From the sequence record DRR378314_2487: 46,895 bases of DNA. One strand, given 5' to 3'. Positions 40,610-46,895 of the stretch are shown here, piece by piece (the stretch's first letter is position 1; each line of letters begins with the position of its first letter). The notes beneath the pieces are model-generated. The model ran no database searches and was not told where the DNA came from. It worked only from the letters and a program-made list of their open reading frames with translations. Both the position numbers and the translations under genes were made by a program.

Positions 40610-42496
40610 ATGACAACACACACAACAAGCACAATTAAGTATGGCTCTTGGTTACTTGCCAGTAGTTTGCTGTTAGCGGGTTGCTCTGAACAGCCCGACA
40701 CAAAAACAGATGAACCAGCGCCAAAGCAACATGTAAATGAGCACACCAAGCCGGTTGTATACCAAGTCTTTACACGTTTATTTGGTAATACACAGACTGC
40801 GAATGTGCCATGGGGCACTAAAGAGCAAAATGGTGTAGGCACGTTTAGTGACTTCAATAATGCAGCATTATTGGGTATTAAAGAGCTTGGAACCACTCAC
40901 ATTTGGTACACCGGTGTCTTGCATCACGCATTGGTGGGCGATTATAGCCAGTATGGTATTAGTCAAGATGACCCAGATGTAGTAAAAGGGCGTGCAGGCT
41001 CACCCTATGCGATTAAAGACTATTACGATGTAAATCCTGATTTAGCAATCAACCCTGAGCGACGCCTTGAAGAGTTTTCAGCGTTGATTGAGCGCACCCA
41101 TCAACATGGCATGAAAGTAATTATTGATATAGTACCAAACCATGTTGCGCGAGATTATCACTCAACAGCAAAGCCTACTGGCGTAAAAGACTTTGGTGAG
41201 CAAGATGACACCAGCGTAGAGTATACTCGCGATAATAACTTTTACTATGTAACAGGGCAGTCGTTTCAAGTACCGACCAGCGAAGGCTACCAAGTACTCG
41301 GTGGTAACCCGCATCCATTAGCAGATAACTTATTTGATGAAACACCTGCTAAGTGGACGGGAAACGGCGCACGTGCAGCTAAACCAGATATAAACGACTG
41401 GTACGAAACAGTAAAAGTGAACTACGGCGTAAAACCGGATGGCAGCTACGATTTTCCAACGTTACCAAGCGATTATGCGAACAAAGACTTACGCGCTCAT
41501 TTTGAATTTTGGCAAGATAAAGATTTGCCAAATAGTTGGTATAAATTCCGCGATATTACGTTGTATTGGCTTGATAAAGGCGTAGATGGTTTTCGTTATG
41601 ACATGGCCGAAATGGTGCCAGTAGAGTTTTGGAGCTTTTTAAACTCGTCTATCAAAATGCACAACCCAAACGCATTTTTGTTAGCAGAGGTATACAACCC
41701 GACTTTGTATCGTCCTTATATTCAGCAAGGCAAAATGGACTACCTTTACGACAAAGTAGGTTTTTACGACACCTTAAAAGGCGTTATGCAAGGTAAACAA
41801 GCGGCAAACAGCATTTTTGCACCACAGCAAGAAGTGGCTGATATTGAAAAACACATGTTGCATTTTTTAGAAAACCATGACGAACAACGTATCGCCAGCC
41901 CAGACTTTGCGGGCAGTGCAGCCAAAGGCAAACCAGCGCTGGTGGTATCGCACTTGATTAGTCGTGCACCTACATTGTTGTATTTTGGTCAAGATGTGGG
42001 CGAGGACGGCTCAGAAGATGCAGGCTATGGAAAGCCAACGCGTACCAGTATTTTTGATTATATTGGCGTCCCCGCGCACCAAGCGTGGATGAATAACGGT
42101 AAGTTTGATGGCGGCGCATTAACCACTGATCAAAGCCAATTACGTGAATATTATAAATCGGTAATGGCATTAAGTAAGCACCCGGCAGTTGTTGCTGGTG
42201 ATATGCAACCGTTAACCGTAAAGGGCAGTGATCAGGTTGCTGCATTTAGTCGACGCATTGGTCAGCAACAAATTTGGGTTGTTAGCAATTTTGCAGATAC
42301 TCAAACAGCCATCAAGATTGAGCTACCTCTAAGTACGCTGATTGATGATAAGCAAGGCACGTTCAAATTACTTGATTTACTTGAAGCAAACCAAACCGCA
42401 TTAGTCACGATCACCCCCGAAAAAGCACACATTAGTCTAACGTTAGATGCGCTTAGCAGTGCAGTTCTCACTACTGGAGCACATAATGAAAGATAA
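40610..42496 (+). CDS. GH13 alpha-amylase family lipoprotein
   Basis: Lipobox LAGC; YQVFTRLF, GSPYAIKDYY, DIVPNH, GFRYDMA, AEVY, LENHD. Confidence 0.9.
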   Translation: MTTHTTSTIKYGSWLLASSLLLAGCSEQPDTKTDEPAPKQHVNEHTKPVVYQVFTRLFGNTQTANVPWGTKEQNGVGTFSDFNNAALLGIKELGTTHIWYTGVLHHALVGDYSQYGISQDDPDVVKGRAGSPYAIKDYYDVNPDLAINPERRLEEFSALIERTHQHGMKVIIDIVPNHVARDYHSTAKPTGVKDFGEQDDTSVEYTRDNNFYYVTGQSFQVPTSEGYQVLGGNPHPLADNLFDETPAKWTGNGARAAKPDINDWYETVKVNYGVKPDGSYDFPTLPSDYANKDLRAHFEFWQDKDLPNSWYKFRDITLYWLDKGVDGFRYDMAEMVPVEFWSFLNSSIKMHNPNAFLLAEVYNPTLYRPYIQQGKMDYLYDKVGFYDTLKGVMQGKQAANSIFAPQQEVADIEKHMLHFLENHDEQRIASPDFAGSAAKGKPALVVSHLISRAPTLLYFGQDVGEDGSEDAGYGKPTRTSIFDYIGVPAHQAWMNNGKFDGGALTTDQSQLREYYKSVMALSKHPAVVAGDMQPLTVKGSDQVAAFSRRIGQQQIWVVSNFADTQTAIKIELPLSTLIDDKQGTFKLLDLLEANQTALVTITPEKAHISLTLDALSSAVLTTGAHNER

Positions 42497-43976
42497 CAAA
42501 CCAGATTTAAGTTTTTGGCAAATATGGAATATGTGCTTTGGCTTTTTAGGCATTCAATTTGGTTTTGCACTGCAAAACGGTAATGTCAGCCGAATATTTC
42601 AAACCCTCGGAGCCAACGTTGATGATATTCCTATTTTATGGGTAGCAGCACCACTAACAGGTTTGATTGTGCAGCCAATAATTGGCTACTGGAGTGATAA
42701 AACCTGGGGTAAACTAGGTCGTCGTCGTCCGTTCTTTTTGTATGGCGCCATACTGACTACGCTTTCTTTATTTATCATGCCAAACTCACCAACGCTTTGG
42801 ATTGCAGCGGGTATGTTATGGATCATGGATGCTTCAATCAATGTCACGATGGAACCATTTCGTGCCTTAGTGGGCGATAATCTTCCAAAAAAACAACGCG
42901 CGACTGGCTATGCCATGCAAAGCTTTTTTATTGGGGTAGGTGCGGTAGTGGCATCAGCACTTCCATGGATGATGACCAATTGGTTTGATATAGCCAATAC
43001 TGCACCAGCAGGGCAAATACCTGATTCGGTAAAGTATTCATTTTATTTTGGCGGTGTAATTTTACTTATCGCTGTTGGTTGGACCATCCTCACAACAAAA
43101 GAGTATTCCCCTGAGCAATTAGCGAAGTTCAACGAGCAAGACAGCAGTAATGACCCTGAAACGCTTACTCACAACACGGTTAATTTCAACAAAGGCGGGA
43201 TTGTTTTTACTGTACTTGGTTTAGTGGTACTTGGCCTTGTCACGGGGCTTAATCTTGAAAAAGAGCTGTACCTCCTAGCTGGTGGCTTGGTGAGCTTTGG
43301 TATTATTCAGTTTATTGCGGGTCTTCTTAAAGCCAAACAAGCCACATCAGGCGGTTTTTACCAAGTGGTAAACGACGTATTCACTATGCCAGAGGCGATG
43401 AAACAACTGGCCTGGGTGCAATTCTTTAGTTGGTTTGCACTGTTTGCAATGTGGATTTATACCACGTCAGCGGTAACAAGCTTTCATTATGGTAGTACCG
43501 ATACAAGTTCCGCGGCTTTTAATAATGGCGCGGATTGGGTTGGTATTTTGTTTGCTGCTTATAATGGTTTTGCCGCAACTGCTGCGTTATGTATCCCGAT
43601 CATCGTAAAGCGTGTGGGTTTAAAACTCGCGCATGCCATCAACTTGGTATTAGGTGCGCTAGGGTTAGTTAGTTTTATAGTCATCAAAGATCCTACATTG
43701 CTTATTTGGCCAATGGTAGGCGTTGGCTTTGCGTGGGCGTCTATTTTATCACTGCCTTATGCCATGTTAAGTACGTCAGTACCGAGCCACAAAATGGGTG
43801 TATATATGGGGATTTTTAACTTCTTTATAGTGATACCACAATTACTCGCTGCCAGCGTATTAGGCCTAATTTTACGTCATTTCTTTGCAAATCAACCTAT
43901 TTACGCATTGGTACTAGGCGCAGTGTCGTTTGTATTAGCAGCCCTTGCTGTTATGCGAGTTAAACATACGCAGTAA
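42486..43976 (+). CDS. MFS sugar (maltose-type) transporter
   Basis: WNMCFGFLGIQFGFALQ, SDKTWGKLGRRRPF, MEPFRA, MGIFNFFIVIPQ; GGAG RBS before ATG 42486. Confidence 0.9.
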   Translation: MKDNKPDLSFWQIWNMCFGFLGIQFGFALQNGNVSRIFQTLGANVDDIPILWVAAPLTGLIVQPIIGYWSDKTWGKLGRRRPFFLYGAILTTLSLFIMPNSPTLWIAAGMLWIMDASINVTMEPFRALVGDNLPKKQRATGYAMQSFFIGVGAVVASALPWMMTNWFDIANTAPAGQIPDSVKYSFYFGGVILLIAVGWTILTTKEYSPEQLAKFNEQDSSNDPETLTHNTVNFNKGGIVFTVLGLVVLGLVTGLNLEKELYLLAGGLVSFGIIQFIAGLLKAKQATSGGFYQVVNDVFTMPEAMKQLAWVQFFSWFALFAMWIYTTSAVTSFHYGSTDTSSAAFNNGADWVGILFAAYNGFAATAALCIPIIVKRVGLKLAHAINLVLGALGLVSFIVIKDPTLLIWPMVGVGFAWASILSLPYAMLSTSVPSHKMGVYMGIFNFFIVIPQLLAASVLGLILRHFFANQPIYALVLGAVSFVLAALAVMRVKHTQ

Positions 43977-44024
43977 ACCACTTAGCGAACAATTTTAGAA
44001 ATAAAGAAAATTTAAGGGTTAAAA

Positions 44025-46427
44025 ATGAAAAAATATAACATCATTACCGCAAGTTTACTTATGCTTGGTTTAACAGCCTGTAGTTCAGAACAAACAAGTA
44101 CGTCAGTGATAACTCAGCAACTTAAAGCGCCAGGCGCACCAGGTGCTGAACCATTTTGGGCATATTCAGGCAAAACAGGTATTGGTACCTCATTTGAGCA
44201 ATACAAAAACGGTGCTTACAGCGACACTGCGGCAACCGGTACGGTCTCAAAAGTATGGTTTTCAATAGCAAAAGGCATGATCACAGAAACCATGTTTGGT
44301 CTAATTCATCAAGCCCAAATTAAAGACATGCATTTTGTTGTGGTTGGCAAAGACTTTACTGTTACAGAAACCGACGACCTTGATGTAACCATTGACTATT
44401 TATACAAAGATGAAGCAGGGCGTCCACTATCACTGGCTTACAAAGTAACTAGCACAGATAAGCAAGGTCGTTTTAGCCTAGAAAAACACATATTCACCGA
44501 CCCAGACGGGCAAACGTTATTTGTACGTAGTATTTTTAATACCGAGCTCGATGGCGTAAAAGCGTATGTAAGTGTTAACCCATATATTGATAACAACGGC
44601 TTTGATGACTTTGCAAAAACAACTGAGCAAGGAGTAGTTGCTTGGCAGGGCGATAATTATTTATCACTGCAAGGCGCAAAACCGTTTAAACAGACCAGTG
44701 TTGGTTTTACGGGCAAAAGCGATGGCCTAAGTGAGCTTAAAAACTCACAGCAACTAACTAATGTATATACAAACACAGGTGAGCAATCAGGTAACGTAAG
44801 CTTGCTTGCAGAGCTGGGTGAGATTGGCAAAAACAGCCAGTTTGATTTAACCCTAAGCTTTGGTAACAACGAGCAATCGAGCTTTAAAGAAGGTAAAGCA
44901 AGTTTAAATCGGGGCTATCAGCAAGTACTTGATAACTACAATGGTAAAGGCGAGGCATTAGGCTGGCAAGATTACTTACAAAGCCTTAAGCCGCTTAATA
45001 CCATGACGGCGCAAACAGCTGATAACGGTAAGCTACTTTATACCAGTGCACTGGTTTTAAAAGCGCAAGAAGACAAAACCCATGCAGGCGCCTTAATTGC
45101 GTCTTTATCAAACCCATGGGGCGAAACGGTCTCAGCTAAAACAGGGTCAACAGGTTATAAAGCGGTTTGGGTGCGTGACTTTTACCAAGTCGCTATGGCC
45201 TTTATGGCAATGGGCGATAATGCCACAGCTAAAACCGCATTTGAATACCTTGAAAAAGTACAAGTAAACGCCAAAACTCCAGGCAACAATGGCGACACAG
45301 GCTGGTTCTTACAAAAAACACATGTTGATGGCGAGCTTGAATGGGTGGGCGTACAGCTTGACCAAACCGCCATGCCTATTATGCTTGCATGGAAACTGCA
45401 CCAAGCCGATGTATTAACTGATGCAGAGCTCACTGATTGGTACGGGCGCATGTTAAAACCTGCTGCTGACTTTTTGGTAGACGGTGGGCGCGCCAAAATT
45501 TTGTGGAACGATATGCAAATTACGCCGCCAGCTACTCAGCAAGAGCGCTGGGAAGAGCAAGAAGGATATTCACCTTCAACTACCGCAGCGGTTGTTGCAG
45601 GCCTTATCACTGCGGCTGATATTGCAACACTCGCTGGCGATGACAAAAACGCAAAGCGTTACCTTGAAACCGCCAAAAGTTACAACAGCGATATTGAAAA
45701 CATTATGTTTACTACTGCTGGTAATTTAGAATCAAGCAATTCAGACGGTGAGTATTTTATTCGTATTGGCCAAGACAAAGACGCCAATTCAAACACTAAA
45801 ATTAACGCCAATAATGGCCGTGAAGGCTTTAATAAAAAGCAAATTTTAGACGGTGGCTTTTTAGAGCTAGTACGCTACGGTGTGCGTGAAGCACTCGCGC
45901 CAAGTATACTAAAAACATTGCCAGAATATGACGATGAAACGTTAGCCGATAATTTACAAGTTAAGTACAGCTTTAACTTTAGTGATGGCAGCGGTTCATT
46001 CCCAGGCTTTCGCCGCTATGGTAACGACGGTTACGGCGAAGATGAAGTAACTGGCACAAATTACGCCGAAGGTGGGCAAAATACCCCAGGGCAACGTGGT
46101 CGTGTTTGGCCGTTCTTTACAGGCGAGCGAGGTCATTACGAAATTGCTGCAGCCAATGCCACACAATCGTTAAACGCAGACAAACAACAAGCCATTAAAA
46201 ACACGTATGTGAAAGGGTTAGAGCAGTTTGCTAACGAAGGCATGATGCTACCTGAGCAAGTATGGGACGGCGTGGGTAATAACAAAGCCGGCTATCAACT
46301 CGGCGAGGGCACTAACTCTGCCACACCACTTGCGTGGACGCATGCAGAATACGTTAAACTGGTTCGCTCACTGAGCGACAAACACGTATGGGATCACTAC
46401 CCAGTGGTTGAAAAAGCTCTAAAGTAA
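44025..46427 (+). CDS. GH15 glucoamylase/glucodextranase lipoprotein
   Basis: Lipobox LTAC; APGAPG, ALIASLSNPWG, VWVRD, QLDQ, ERWEE, LPEQVW, PLAWTHAEYV. Confidence 0.92.
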   Translation: MKKYNIITASLLMLGLTACSSEQTSTSVITQQLKAPGAPGAEPFWAYSGKTGIGTSFEQYKNGAYSDTAATGTVSKVWFSIAKGMITETMFGLIHQAQIKDMHFVVVGKDFTVTETDDLDVTIDYLYKDEAGRPLSLAYKVTSTDKQGRFSLEKHIFTDPDGQTLFVRSIFNTELDGVKAYVSVNPYIDNNGFDDFAKTTEQGVVAWQGDNYLSLQGAKPFKQTSVGFTGKSDGLSELKNSQQLTNVYTNTGEQSGNVSLLAELGEIGKNSQFDLTLSFGNNEQSSFKEGKASLNRGYQQVLDNYNGKGEALGWQDYLQSLKPLNTMTAQTADNGKLLYTSALVLKAQEDKTHAGALIASLSNPWGETVSAKTGSTGYKAVWVRDFYQVAMAFMAMGDNATAKTAFEYLEKVQVNAKTPGNNGDTGWFLQKTHVDGELEWVGVQLDQTAMPIMLAWKLHQADVLTDAELTDWYGRMLKPAADFLVDGGRAKILWNDMQITPPATQQERWEEQEGYSPSTTAAVVAGLITAADIATLAGDDKNAKRYLETAKSYNSDIENIMFTTAGNLESSNSDGEYFIRIGQDKDANSNTKINANNGREGFNKKQILDGGFLELVRYGVREALAPSILKTLPEYDDETLADNLQVKYSFNFSDGSGSFPGFRRYGNDGYGEDEVTGTNYAEGGQNTPGQRGRVWPFFTGERGHYEIAAANATQSLNADKQQAIKNTYVKGLEQFANEGMMLPEQVWDGVGNNKAGYQLGEGTNSATPLAWTHAEYVKLVRSLSDKHVWDHYPVVEKALK

Positions 46428-46450
46428 GTTTGCTTTACTAATTAATACTA

Positions 46451-46480
46451 AGAGCCACGGTTAACAGCCGTGGTTTTTTT
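46451..46480 (+). terminator. Intrinsic terminator after GH15
   Basis: AGCCACGGT-taaca-GCCGTGGTT followed by a T-tract. Confidence 0.8.
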
Positions 46481-46552
46481 ATGGAAATTTTAAATAGTAA
46501 TGCGGTATCAAGTTATGTAGCAGCAATTCTGCACAAAATATCTAAGCCTAAG

Positions 46553-46894
46553 CTATGACAATCTCGAAAATGGACTAATCACGCCATTAGCACCCTGCTG
46601 TAAAACATGCGTATATATCTGTGTTGTTCGCACATCGCTATGGCCTAATTGCGCTTGAACCGTTCGAATATCAGCACCACTTTGTAATAAATGTGTAGCA
46701 AATGAATGGCGTAAGGTATGCGGTGTCACATGTTTCTTAATGTTGGCATCAAAAGCTGCTTTTTTAATCGCTCGCTGTATTTGCTTTTCATCTATATGAT
46801 GCCTTCTCATTTGCTTACTTTCAGGATCAATACTGAGCTTATAAGATGGGAATAAATATTGCCATCCCAGCTGCTTGTTATGATTTGGGTATTT
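46553..46894 (-). CDS. intI: Integron integrase, C-terminal part (truncated by window edge)
   Basis: Frame stays open to the window end: [36 protein letters not shown] (integron-specific insertion), then [12 protein letters not shown]...[22 protein letters not shown]. Confidence 0.93.
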   Translation of the reverse strand, partial: KYPNHNKQLGWQYLFPSYKLSIDPESKQMRRHHIDEKQIQRAIKKAAFDANIKKHVTPHTLRHSFATHLLQSGADIRTVQAQLGHSDVRTTQIYTHVLQQGANGVISPFSRLS

Positions 46895-46895
46895 T

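Noticed and set aside
1111-45729. Many short antisense or alternate-frame ORFs in the track (e.g. 1111-1416, 10911-11357, 14424-14663, 23451-23852, 29957-30298, 45182-45496)
   Set aside because: They overlap well-supported genes and have no motifs; treated as shadow ORFs.
46428-46552. attC/attI site between GH15 and intI
   Set aside because: Only a terminator hairpin is apparent, no complete attC structure was recognised, and this is the 3' side of intI.
1-46895. CRISPR array, IS element or prophage
   Set aside because: No regularly spaced direct repeats, transposase or phage structural genes were seen.

Overview
This is an AT-rich gammaproteobacterial chromosomal window. Gene content and protein style suggest Alteromonadales, most like Pseudoalteromonas (inference, no search run). 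It opens with the 5' end of a tRNA (probably Asn) and its promoter, then a ~1.1 kb non-coding region with a DnaA-box cluster resembling the E. coli DARS core. Next come a coupled MATE-uvrB-SAM methyltransferase-trmK unit, queC/queE and a GAF-PAS-GGDEF-EAL protein. A metal-type TonB-dependent receptor follows, broken by one in-frame TAA and preceded by a Cys-rich leader protein ending in RPP. The middle holds housekeeping and accessory genes: ygjP-like, DUF72, aspS, pentapeptide repeat, 2OG-Fe oxygenase, long GAPDH, M14 peptidase, Ala/Gly symporter, yeaC, DUF349. A starch/maltodextrin locus (three GH13, TBDR, flavin-dependent halogenase, MFS, GH15) carries three LacI-type operators, and the window ends in the 3' end of an integron integrase. 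The best candidate for an under-described system is the leader/TBDR pair (12317-14718): the leader's last codons can pair with the receptor's ribosome-binding site, suggesting a metal-sensing ribosome-arrest switch. The DARS-like element and the halogenase inside the starch locus also merit follow-up. All family assignments are by motif recognition only.
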